From positions 1-58,652 of IMG/VR virus record IMGVR_UViG_3300025154_000110: a stretch of DNA of 58,652 bases; one strand, 5' to 3'. The position numbers and the translations under genes were made by a program. The notes under the pieces were generated by a model, which had not been told where the DNA came from, searched no databases, and saw only the letters and a program-made list of their open reading frames with translations. The DNA is from a virus. Lineage: Duplodnaviria; Caudoviricetes. Within the stretch, counting starts at the first letter, position 1, and each line of letters begins with the position of its first letter. Of the stretch, positions 45,252-54,170 are shown one piece after another.

Positions 45252-46225
45252 TGGCAAGCGCAACCCTGCTTGCACTGTTCAGGACCCTGGCGACGGATAC
45301 CGTTGCGCCGTATTTCACTTCGGACGTGCAGGGCTACGCCTGGCTGGCCGAGGCCGAGAAAGAGGCGGCGATACGAAAGCGGCTCCTGCGCGACAGCCGG
45401 ACCATTGAACTTTCAACTCCGGCGGCGCCAACTCTGACTGCGACCACCGGGACCATGCCGGCGACGACCTACTCTTACAAGATTGTCGCCTACAACGATC
45501 TGGGCGTAACTCTTCCGTCAACGGCCGCAACCATAGCAGCCGGGGCAAGCTCGGGCGTGGTCATTACCTGGACCGCTGTCACCGGCGCCATTGGCTACAA
45601 GGTATATGGCCGGACATCGGCCGGGCCGGAAAAGCTGATGGCCACCGTGGACGAGGGAACACTGACCTGGACGGATACCGGGAGCGTGACGCCGGCCGGG
45701 GCATTGCCGACGGCGAACACAACCGCGGATGTTGTCAAGATCGATGTCACCAGTGGCCGGGCACACTATCCCTACCATGCGTCCATATTTGATGTCGAGT
45801 ACGCCTATCTGACGGACGGCACGACTCGGTATGCGCTGGATATCAAGTCTCAGGGCTTGGAGACTCAGGACAACTCGATCTGGCGCGAAGAGACCGGGAC
45901 GCCTACCGCAGTCTTCTTCAACAAGAACCACACCCTGCAGTTCAACAAGATCCCGGACGCGGACCTGACCCTCTACATGGAGGTGTACCGGAAACCGTTC
46001 TACGCGATCAGCAGTTCGGTTGAGCCGGAAATCAGCGCCTTTCACCACGAGCGGCTGATCGACTGGGTACTCTATCGCCATTACCTGAACCGCGATGCGG
46101 ACGTTTACAACCCGGACAAGGCGAAGGGCCACAACCAGGCATTCGCCAACTACTTCGGCGGCGAGGTTGACGCGGACCTTCGCATGGACACCAGAGTTCC
46201 GCAGCGGAACAAGATATGTCTATGA
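45251..46225 (+). CDS. Head-tail adaptor-like protein with inserted FN3/Ig-like domain
   Basis: L..LFR....D.VAPY...EAEKEAAIR..LL, PEI..FHH..L.DW..YR.Y...DAD; insert YSYKIVA...ITW..V.GA.GYKVYGR. Confidence 0.65.
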   Translation: MASATLLALFRTLATDTVAPYFTSDVQGYAWLAEAEKEAAIRKRLLRDSRTIELSTPAAPTLTATTGTMPATTYSYKIVAYNDLGVTLPSTAATIAAGASSGVVITWTAVTGAIGYKVYGRTSAGPEKLMATVDEGTLTWTDTGSVTPAGALPTANTTADVVKIDVTSGRAHYPYHASIFDVEYAYLTDGTTRYALDIKSQGLETQDNSIWREETGTPTAVFFNKNHTLQFNKIPDADLTLYMEVYRKPFYAISSSVEPEISAFHHERLIDWVLYRHYLNRDADVYNPDKAKGHNQAFANYFGGEVDADLRMDTRVPQRNKICL

Positions 46226-47151
46226 CGAAACCAGTCACCATCTACGCGGGCGCTGCTGGGGGGGATAACGCCCACCGCGAAGATGATATCGGGTTCAACT
46301 CTGACACCGGAGTAACGGCGCTGGCCAAGGGCGTCAATGTCGTGATCGAGAGTTCCGGCAAGGGCCGGCCGCGCTGTCGCCGGGCCAATGGATATTCTGA
46401 GCTGTTCGCCGGGGCCTATCATTCCGGGTTCCGCGATACCGGGGACGCCTTTGTGGCCAAGGGGACGTTGCTCTACCGGTTCAAGCGCGAAAGGACGCTG
46501 CAACTCATAGTCTCCGGGTTGACCGGTGCGCGACTCTGCTACGCGCAACACGGTGAGCGGACATTCTACGGGAATGGGACGCAGGGCGGGGTTATCGAAG
46601 GCGGGGTAGCTTCATCCTGGCCGACAGATTCTTACCTTGGCATGGATACCGTCCGGGCCTATTCAGGCGCACCGGTTCCAGGGAAAATGTGCATCCACGG
46701 GGGCCGGATCAACATTGTGACGCCATCAGACCCGAATACCATATATGGCTCAGAATACGGCATGTTCAACACCTTCTTCAAGGCGGAGAACCACCAGAAT
46801 TTTGAATCGAGGGTAATCATGATGGTTGAGGTGGAGACCGGCATGTTTGTCTCTACCGAACACCACACATGGTTCATGCAGGGACAGGGCGCTTTGCGGG
46901 ACATGAAGCTGTTCAACAAGGATGTCGGGCCGGCCTTTGAATGGTCGGAATGGCACCAGAAAGTAGCTGTTGCGGACCTTGGCCTGCCAGGCGGCGGATA
47001 CTGCCGGCTCTGGCGTGGAAAGACCGGGGCAATGGTCGGCTTTGCTGACGGAAGTATTGCGAATTTGACAGACAAGATGATCGACACGAATTGCGGGGGC
47101 CTTGGGGCGTCGTGCTACATGAAACCCCATTTCATTCATTCAGTAGGATAG
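46222..47151 (+). CDS. Tail structural protein (nozzle/stabilisation-like)
   Basis: Position after the adaptor; G.DN...A..VNV.I...G...R..G pattern. Confidence 0.55.
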   Translation: MTKPVTIYAGAAGGDNAHREDDIGFNSDTGVTALAKGVNVVIESSGKGRPRCRRANGYSELFAGAYHSGFRDTGDAFVAKGTLLYRFKRERTLQLIVSGLTGARLCYAQHGERTFYGNGTQGGVIEGGVASSWPTDSYLGMDTVRAYSGAPVPGKMCIHGGRINIVTPSDPNTIYGSEYGMFNTFFKAENHQNFESRVIMMVEVETGMFVSTEHHTWFMQGQGALRDMKLFNKDVGPAFEWSEWHQKVAVADLGLPGGGYCRLWRGKTGAMVGFADGSIANLTDKMIDTNCGGLGASCYMKPHFIHSVG

Positions 47152-47162
47152 GAGAAAAGGAT

Positions 47163-47900
47163 ATGTGGAATTTAAGCACTGGCGCCAAGCTAGCCCTCCT
47201 GGGCCTTGAGTCTGTTAAGAAGCTCCAGAAAACAGCGGTAACTCTCGCTTTTCAAGACGGAACCGGGACAGGCGGCCGAGACAGGATTTTCGATTCTGCG
47301 AACGGGCTTGCCGGGTTTGCCGACTATGTTCATGACTATGTCGGAGTCGGCGGGAGCACCAGCAATAACTTTTGCCCGAAGATACTGGCGGCGGCTGCCG
47401 GTTATATCGAGGTTCCGGCCGGAACATTCTCGACCGAGGCTGAAGGGGACCAGGTTATCCTCAGCGTTCACCGCGGCGGATCGTTCCAGGAAGTATTCAG
47501 AAACTCGGTCCTGCACCTGTTCGCCGTATCGCGGCCAGCTGACGCTGACACCACGGAAGGGGCAAGCCCGCTGGTCATCATCACGAAAGATGGCGGGGCC
47601 TTTGTCTCCGGCTCACCGACGAACGGGATCAACTTCACCGTCGATGTGGACGGGAACGTGGTCATTACCACCGACCCAGCCACCGATGCAGATATGGTCC
47701 TGAAGGGCCTGGGTCTGGTTGCAGGAGACGCCTTGTTCGGTCGGCTCTATGCCAATACGGTTGTCACCGGGAACAGCACAAGCGCCGTCCGGGCAGACGG
47801 CAGGGTTGGCCTGTCCGGGGTCGAGATAAACATGAGCGCCGGAGTAGGTATCACCGTCGGCGTTTATGCAACCGTTACCGATGTCGAAATGTACGTTTAA
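47163..47900 (+). CDS. Tail-associated structural protein, paralog 1 (no signal peptide)
   Basis: MWNLSTGAK start with GGAG/AAGG SD; aligns end to end with the mature part of 47911-48705. Confidence 0.75.
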   Translation: MWNLSTGAKLALLGLESVKKLQKTAVTLAFQDGTGTGGRDRIFDSANGLAGFADYVHDYVGVGGSTSNNFCPKILAAAAGYIEVPAGTFSTEAEGDQVILSVHRGGSFQEVFRNSVLHLFAVSRPADADTTEGASPLVIITKDGGAFVSGSPTNGINFTVDVDGNVVITTDPATDADMVLKGLGLVAGDALFGRLYANTVVTGNSTSAVRADGRVGLSGVEINMSAGVGITVGVYATVTDVEMYV

Positions 47901-47910
47901 GGGGTGTGCC

Positions 47911-48705
47911 ATGAAAGTATTTGAGAAACTCGGGATTATTCTCGCTCTGTTGGTCTTGACATGCGGGACAGCAAGCGCAACCGTCATCCTTTCCAAGCAG
48001 ACGGCGGAAGACCTTGCCGGAGGCCGGGCAGTCGTCAATGTTGTTATCCAGGCTGCGACCATTGCTTATGTTGACGGCGGTGCCGGGAACGACCAGATCC
48101 ACGACTCAGCGAGCGGGCTGGCCGTGTTCCATATTGGGGACAAGGTAACGGTCGATGGATCAACCAGTAATGACGGAACTTACGAAATTCTTGACGTTTC
48201 TGCGACAGATCTTGATGTCGGTACCGGGCTCTTAACAACCGAAGCGGAAGGTGACGCGACAGCCCTTGCCTCTGCCCGGGGAATGAGCCTGTCTGACATC
48301 TTCCGGCGCGGGGTGATCAGGATCTATTCCGGGGCACAACCTGCTTCACCGGAAACAGTTGAGTCCGGGACCCTGCTTTTGGAGATCAGCGAGAGTTCCG
48401 GCGCATTTACCGGCGGGGCAGATGCCAACGGCCTATTGTTCGATGACGTGACCTGCGGGGCCGCTTCCTGTTCTGTCGCCAAGATGGTCAGCCAGGTATG
48501 GAGCGATGCCGGTCTTGATACCGGAACAGCCGCGTGGGGGAGACTGTATGACAACGCCTTCGACACTGGAGCCGATGCTGGCGAGGCGTACCGGAGGATT
48601 GACTTTTCGGTAGGAGTTGCTGGAGACTTGGTGATGTCCCCGTCTGTTACCACCGGTGTCACCAAAACCATTGACGAATTCACCTTGACAGTGCCATTGC
48701 AGTAA
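47911..48705 (+). CDS. Tail-associated structural protein, paralog 2 (with signal peptide)
   Basis: AAGGGGTG SD; MKVFEKLGIILALLVLTCGTASA leader; IRIYSGAQPAS, TGTAAWGRLY. Confidence 0.75.
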   Translation: MKVFEKLGIILALLVLTCGTASATVILSKQTAEDLAGGRAVVNVVIQAATIAYVDGGAGNDQIHDSASGLAVFHIGDKVTVDGSTSNDGTYEILDVSATDLDVGTGLLTTEAEGDATALASARGMSLSDIFRRGVIRIYSGAQPASPETVESGTLLLEISESSGAFTGGADANGLLFDDVTCGAASCSVAKMVSQVWSDAGLDTGTAAWGRLYDNAFDTGADAGEAYRRIDFSVGVAGDLVMSPSVTTGVTKTIDEFTLTVPLQ

Positions 48706-48714
48706 TCAAGTACC

Positions 48715-49881
48715 ATGGCAGACTATATTCCTCAGTACCCGCCGGCACATAGTACAACCTATGTAAAGGCGACGAGTGTATACAATGCGACGTATTATTC
48801 TGCTCATTTTGGAACAGATCCTGGATTGCCACTTACAGGTACTTGGCAGTATAATGAATGGAAATCTGCAAATTTTCTGGCAACGTATGAACAAAAATTC
48901 AATGTCGATCTGGGGTCTGCAAAGACTATAACGAGGATACGGCTCGACAATGCTCATGAATCAGGAGCCAATACTAATCGTGGCATTAAGAATTTTTCTG
49001 TTTACGGGTCTAACTCATCTACAGCCTTTGATAACACTACATACTCAGACACAACCGATCTAACATTACTTGATTCTTTTACAGCGGCCGAGCACGCCGC
49101 AGCAGACACGGCCGATCCGCAATATTTCGTATTGGGCACTACCGGATCGTTTCGGTATTACATCCTTCGTATTGCAGACGCATATATTACCTATGCAAAT
49201 GCTGGCTTCAGGCATATCGAGTTTGAGGCGACTGTTCCGATAGTTGGCGATCTTGATATTAATTCGGTAGGCATCGGTGGAATAGCGAGCGGATTCGGAG
49301 GCGTCACCCTTTCCCCGGTTGTCGCGGAAGGTGATGGAGGCGCGACAGGTGGAATAACTCTAGGGGGCCTATCTGCATCAGGAGAAGGAGAGGTAGGGTC
49401 GCTCCTCGAAGTCACCGGCCAGTTGTTCCAGTTGCAGGGCGGAATTTCTCTCAACACCGAGTCTGTTGCAGAACTGTCCGGGAAGCTCTTTGAACTCAAG
49501 GGCGGGTTCCAGATCGACGAGATCGAGCTCACCGGCCAACTGTTCGAGCTGAAGGGCGGCTTTTCTATTGAGCGGTCAATCGAGGCCGAACTTTCCGGGA
49601 AACTGTTCGAGTTGCAGGGCGGGATTGATGTAGTTGTCGATGCACTGGTTGAACTTGGCGGCCAGTTGTTTGAATTGCAGGGCGGGATGGATGCCGAAAC
49701 ATCCATACCGTTCGAGCTCGGCGGCCAACTCTTTGAACTGAAAGGCACCATGACCGCGGTTGCCGAAGAGCCGGAAGTTGAATTGTCCGGCCAGCTCTTT
49801 GAATTGAAAGGCGGGTTCACCTTCGCCGGGGCCGGAGAATGTTCCGGAGTGCTCTCCTATTCCCCGGGCGCCTCGTGTTAA
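48715..49881 (+). CDS. Tail protein: discoidin/F5-8C-like carbohydrate-binding N-domain plus seven repeats
   Basis: FNVDLGSAKTITRIRL...IKNF.VYGSN...FRYYILRI; EL(S/T/G)G(Q/K)LFEL(K/Q)GG repeats. Confidence 0.7.
   Translation: MADYIPQYPPAHSTTYVKATSVYNATYYSAHFGTDPGLPLTGTWQYNEWKSANFLATYEQKFNVDLGSAKTITRIRLDNAHESGANTNRGIKNFSVYGSNSSTAFDNTTYSDTTDLTLLDSFTAAEHAAADTADPQYFVLGTTGSFRYYILRIADAYITYANAGFRHIEFEATVPIVGDLDINSVGIGGIASGFGGVTLSPVVAEGDGGATGGITLGGLSASGEGEVGSLLEVTGQLFQLQGGISLNTESVAELSGKLFELKGGFQIDEIELTGQLFELKGGFSIERSIEAELSGKLFELQGGIDVVVDALVELGGQLFELQGGMDAETSIPFELGGQLFELKGTMTAVAEEPEVELSGQLFELKGGFTFAGAGECSGVLSYSPGASC
49405..49820. repeat. Seven imperfect ~54-66 bp coding repeats
   Basis: GGCCA(A/G)(C/T)TGTT(C/T)GA(A/G)(C/T)TG(A/C)AGGGCGG-like units. 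Confidence 0.75.
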
Positions 49882-50535
49882 ATGGCCTACCGGAAGATAC
49901 CCCGCAGGCTGATCACCGACAGGGGGGCGCCTATCAGCAGGGCGCTTGCCCACCTGGCAGATATCGAGCTTGCCAAGGTTGAAAATGAGCTTCGACTTTC
50001 ACAGGCTCAGTTTTCGGAGGTCCAGCAGCTTCGCCGTACAAGGAATTTTGGCAATGCGACCATTGAGTGCTTCGCCGGATTTGGCGAGGCTTGGGCGAAG
50101 GTTACCTTCCCTGGAGGAGCGGGCGGGGAGAAGGTTAAGAAGCCAAGAAGGGAATGCTTCTGCCTTCCATGTTTCGCGATGGGTTTTGTCACGGCTGTTT
50201 ATTATGACGACCCGTGCAGTTCCTACACTGTGGAGATCTGCCAGAAAACGACAGAGACTCCAGACCAGATCGGAGAATACGTCGAAGTCGGCAACGTCCT
50301 CGCCCTCGATTACGCGATTTACGAAGTTGGGCAGCCAGTGCTTGTATCCATCGTTCCCTGCTCTTCCGGGCCTTCGTGTGGCTGTTCTACAGGAGTCTCT
50401 ATGTGCGAAATTACGACAGTGTTTCCGCTCCCGTGCAGCCTGATGATCGTTCCGCTTCATCTCAATGGACCTGATGGGTATTTGAGAATACCGAAATGGA
50501 AGACGGTTGAAGACCGTTGGGGGGCGCTGTATTGA
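49882..50535 (+). CDS. Cys-rich tail-region protein
   Basis: ECFCLPCFAMG, DYAIYEVGQPVLV. Confidence 0.65.
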   Translation: MAYRKIPRRLITDRGAPISRALAHLADIELAKVENELRLSQAQFSEVQQLRRTRNFGNATIECFAGFGEAWAKVTFPGGAGGEKVKKPRRECFCLPCFAMGFVTAVYYDDPCSSYTVEICQKTTETPDQIGEYVEVGNVLALDYAIYEVGQPVLVSIVPCSSGPSCGCSTGVSMCEITTVFPLPCSLMIVPLHLNGPDGYLRIPKWKTVEDRWGALY

Positions 50536-52232
50536 GCATAGTTTACCCGCCAAAGGATACAGGAGGAAACTACGGCACTGCGTCCTACGGCGTAGAACTC
50601 AGAGATTTGAAATACTGCTGCCCTGAGCAAGCTACAGTTGTCGGAGTGAACTATGAGGCCAATACTATTGATATTGAGCTTGTCTCCGATTCCACGTCCT
50701 TTACCGGGGTCAAGTATCTTTGCCATACCGACATAGATTATTACTCTTACCTTACGAACGGGCTTGAAATTCCTGACGCTCCAACTGAGGTTTTCAGCCA
50801 CACCTCGCACTGCTTCATGAAAATAGACGGCGACAATACAGTAATCGCCATGGTGGTTCGCCTCCCCGCGGAACTTGGCGGCGATGTTTCATGCACTGTG
50901 GCGATTCCCTACCGAACCGACACCATTGATCCGTGCAAGGGCGAAACCTATTGGGCGTATTATTTTTTCTACGCGCATCTGTATGTGCGAACCGGGGTAT
51001 TCGAGACAAAGATAATCATCTACGACAGGTTCAGGAACAAACTTGCTGATATCGTGAATAACGCAGGGACAGGTCTTGTCACATTTCCCTGTGACTATTC
51101 TGATCTGTCTTCGTGGATGGCGCGGCCGGATACAGAGAAAGTCTCCGAAACAGCCATGACAAGCTACGAGGTTGATCTTGTGCAATATGGGCAGCCACCA
51201 AGCACGGACCCAGCCTCAGAATTGTGGTGGGAAACTACCTATAACGATAGCGATTCAGATCTGAATATCGTTTGCGACCCAGTTTCGTGCGCCAATCCCT
51301 GCTGGGTGACGGAGACTACAGTTTCGTGGTCGGAGCGTACCCGAACCCCGAAAGCGGGGACATATAGCCCGGACGGAGTTACGTATTATACCAAGGATAC
51401 GTATGGCAGCTACCGGCAACGATATGATGCGATTTATATCAAAAAAGGGTGGGCGAATGTTTACGGGATAATTTCAGATTACGAAGTATGGGATGGCCGG
51501 ACCTATACCTGGAGTACAACAATGGGATGCTGTCCGCACACTCCGGCACTTGACTACAACTATGTAGCCTATAGTTTCCTTGGAATAGAGATGGCATCTC
51601 TCAGGACCAAGCAGAACATAGAAAGAAGTGTAGTATGGGGTGACCACTACAATCAGGACTGGCTCGGAAGCATACACGATGGGACACGCAGCGAGACAGA
51701 CACTTCAATATATACTCTGACATACGAGTCGAATGTGGTTGACCATAATTTCTCATATACAGACACTAGCGTAGCAAACTGGACGTATGGCCCAAGCGGT
51801 CTTGATTCTTATTCGCTGGTGCAGGATTCTTCATCTATTACAGAGCAAGTTGCAGCGGGGTGGTTCAAAGGGGCGATAACAACTGACGGTGATTCAGCAG
51901 TGTTGTTCTTATCTTATGCAGTTGCATTCTTGCATTTTCCTATATACAGGACACATACCCATACAGTAAGCGACTATTACGGTGTAATATCCCAAGACAT
52001 TGACTATAATTTTTATGTCGATTTTGTCTTATACGATGCATTTGACTACACGCTGGCCCCGAAAGTTGACCTGCCGCCGCTGATGAGCAATGGCCCGGCA
52101 GAGTTGACAAACTTGATGCAGGATCTTCTGGAGGGCAGGTTTGAAGGTGACGACGGCACAATAGGGGCTTCGTATTTCGATTCTCCGGAAATATGGATAG
52201 CAAAATTTGATAATAGAATACGTTCATTTTAG
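50517..52232 (+). CDS. Tyr/Ser/Thr-rich tail-region protein (start uncertain, possibly TTG 50532)
   Basis: 571-aa ORF overlapping the previous stop; lower GC in the 3' half. Confidence 0.65.
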   Translation: MGGAVLSIVYPPKDTGGNYGTASYGVELRDLKYCCPEQATVVGVNYEANTIDIELVSDSTSFTGVKYLCHTDIDYYSYLTNGLEIPDAPTEVFSHTSHCFMKIDGDNTVIAMVVRLPAELGGDVSCTVAIPYRTDTIDPCKGETYWAYYFFYAHLYVRTGVFETKIIIYDRFRNKLADIVNNAGTGLVTFPCDYSDLSSWMARPDTEKVSETAMTSYEVDLVQYGQPPSTDPASELWWETTYNDSDSDLNIVCDPVSCANPCWVTETTVSWSERTRTPKAGTYSPDGVTYYTKDTYGSYRQRYDAIYIKKGWANVYGIISDYEVWDGRTYTWSTTMGCCPHTPALDYNYVAYSFLGIEMASLRTKQNIERSVVWGDHYNQDWLGSIHDGTRSETDTSIYTLTYESNVVDHNFSYTDTSVANWTYGPSGLDSYSLVQDSSSITEQVAAGWFKGAITTDGDSAVLFLSYAVAFLHFPIYRTHTHTVSDYYGVISQDIDYNFYVDFVLYDAFDYTLAPKVDLPPLMSNGPAELTNLMQDLLEGRFEGDDGTIGASYFDSPEIWIAKFDNRIRSF

Positions 52233-52243
52233 CAACTAAATAT

Positions 52244-52272
52244 TTGGTATTTCGCTGTTATTGTGATATAAT
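52244..52272 (+). promoter_or_regulatory. Promoter for the internal-virion protein genes
   Basis: TTGGTA-N17-TATAAT with TG extended -10. Confidence 0.65.
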
Positions 52273-52292
52273 GCGAGCAGGATAAAGAGAAA

Positions 52293-52778
52293 ATGCAGAC
52301 CCTCATAACAAACATCGAAGTCGGGGAAATGGGATCGAAGGCGACGACCCAGCGGACGGGCTTCTCGTTCAACTCGTTCTTCGAGATGGACGGGTCGTTC
52401 TTCGGGTGTTCCGACGACATGCTTGCGCTGATGGGCGGCGATACTGACGATGGCGTGGATATCGACGCCTACCTGGCCGTTGGCGCAACCGACATGGGCA
52501 TAGGCCGACCGATCCGGCTGGAATATCTCTACGCCTCCCTGGAGACGGACGGGACATTGTACATCAAGACGACTCCGAACATGGACGCGACACGGGCGGT
52601 GACCATTGAGTTCACCCCTTCAGCGGCCGAATATCACCGGCACCGGGAGAAGTTGGGCGAGGGCGATATTGCCGTGCTGTGGGGCTTTGAGTTCGGGAAT
52701 GTGGATGGTGCTGATTTCTCCCTGTCAATGATGGAGATTTTGCCCATCGTCAAAGATGCACGGATGACCAGGTATTAA
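52293..52778 (+). CDS. Virion structural protein
   Basis: FSFNSF...L..M.GD.DDGVDIDA...TD.G...WGFEFGNVDGADFSL. Confidence 0.65.
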   Translation: MQTLITNIEVGEMGSKATTQRTGFSFNSFFEMDGSFFGCSDDMLALMGGDTDDGVDIDAYLAVGATDMGIGRPIRLEYLYASLETDGTLYIKTTPNMDATRAVTIEFTPSAAEYHRHREKLGEGDIAVLWGFEFGNVDGADFSLSMMEILPIVKDARMTRY

Positions 52779-52787
52779 GGTGACAGC

Positions 52788-54161
52788 ATGAGCGACGGGA
52801 ACGGGACATACGTTGATGTACAGGACGGCAGCGTAGAAGATGTCGATTACGGGTGGGTAGCCGGAAGGCAGCTTTTCGGGGATACCTGGACGGCTGCGCT
52901 CGGGACCATAGCAGAGCAAAAAGCGGAGCTGACAACGGCCATCGAGGAAATGGATGAACTGATGCTCACCCAGCTCCCGGCCAACTATCGCACGGTCCTT
53001 GATAATGTCACCATCGACACTGTTGACCCGATCACCGATACCACCGGACGGCCGGTCAAGCCGGTCCTGAACCTTCCTGACGAATGGCCAGATGCCGGAG
53101 ATATCCCGATTCTTGGATACCTTCGCCCTGTTCCGCAGCAAGATTTGACCTACACCAAGCCGACCGTTCCGGCGGACCCGGGCGGAGGGCTGAACTGGAC
53201 GGCCGGAGCCTACACGTCCACGATCCTGGACCCGTTCTTTAACGCCATCTACAACGGGATTGTGAACGGCGGGACCGCCATTGAGGCGTCAGTCATAACG
53301 GCGATGAAGGACCGGGCCAGGGCCGGGCTGAAGACTGTCAACGATGAGAACTGGCAAAAGGGGATTGACGTGGCCAGCACTTCTGGGTTCGGGTTCCCGG
53401 GTGGCGCGGCCGGTGCGGTCCTGACCACCATGGCCAACATTCGCGCCGACCAGGAAGAGAACCTGGAGCGCGATATCATCAAGATCGAGTTTGACCTCAC
53501 CCACGCAACCAAGCTCTTTATGCTGGACAAGGGCCTTGCCCTGGAACAGCTTTTCCGGCAGTTCTTCAAAGACAATGAAGACCGGAGCCTGGATGCAAAG
53601 AAGGCCATGGCTCAGTATGTCCTGGACAAATACAAAGCTGCGGTCCAAATCTACATTGCCCAATGGGAAGGGGTCAAGGCCGAGATTCAGGCAAAGATTG
53701 CGGTTGTCGATCTGGTCCTGAAAGAAAACCAGATGATGCTGGAGAAGTTCAAAGCCCAGATGACCGCCTACACCGCGGAGATTGATCTTGTCGCCAAGAA
53801 GATCAGCGCCATTGTCGAGGGCTACCGGGGCGAAGTTGACGGCTACCGGGCCGAGATTGACGAGAGGGCGGCCTGGTGGCGGGCGCTGACCGACAAGCAG
53901 AAAGCGAAGATCGAGGCGAACCGGCTGGAACTGGAGAAGGCCATTGCTCAAGTCAAAGCCTTCATCGACGGGACCCTTTCTATGAATGGGCTGCGCGGAG
54001 AGCTTTCCAAGACCAAGGGCGGCTTGCTGGCACAGGTCCTCGCCTCCTGCCTTGGCGCATTCAATGCCTCTTTCAGCATTAACCAGTCCGGCAGCGAGAG
54101 CAAGAGCGAGACGCACAGTTTCAGCGCCGGTATCACTGAATCCAAAAACTACGACCTGTAG
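52788..54161 (+). CDS. Coiled-coil virion/ejection protein
   Basis: NGGTAI, GFGFPGG, long amphipathic helices. Confidence 0.65.
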   Translation: MSDGNGTYVDVQDGSVEDVDYGWVAGRQLFGDTWTAALGTIAEQKAELTTAIEEMDELMLTQLPANYRTVLDNVTIDTVDPITDTTGRPVKPVLNLPDEWPDAGDIPILGYLRPVPQQDLTYTKPTVPADPGGGLNWTAGAYTSTILDPFFNAIYNGIVNGGTAIEASVITAMKDRARAGLKTVNDENWQKGIDVASTSGFGFPGGAAGAVLTTMANIRADQEENLERDIIKIEFDLTHATKLFMLDKGLALEQLFRQFFKDNEDRSLDAKKAMAQYVLDKYKAAVQIYIAQWEGVKAEIQAKIAVVDLVLKENQMMLEKFKAQMTAYTAEIDLVAKKISAIVEGYRGEVDGYRAEIDERAAWWRALTDKQKAKIEANRLELEKAIAQVKAFIDGTLSMNGLRGELSKTKGGLLAQVLASCLGAFNASFSINQSGSESKSETHSFSAGITESKNYDL

Positions 54162-54170
54162 GAGAAGACC

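Noticed and set aside
49405-49820. Repeats as a DGR template/variable region or mini-CRISPR
   Set aside because: Differences are mostly synonymous and not adenine-specific, and I see no reverse transcriptase or cas operon in the genome.
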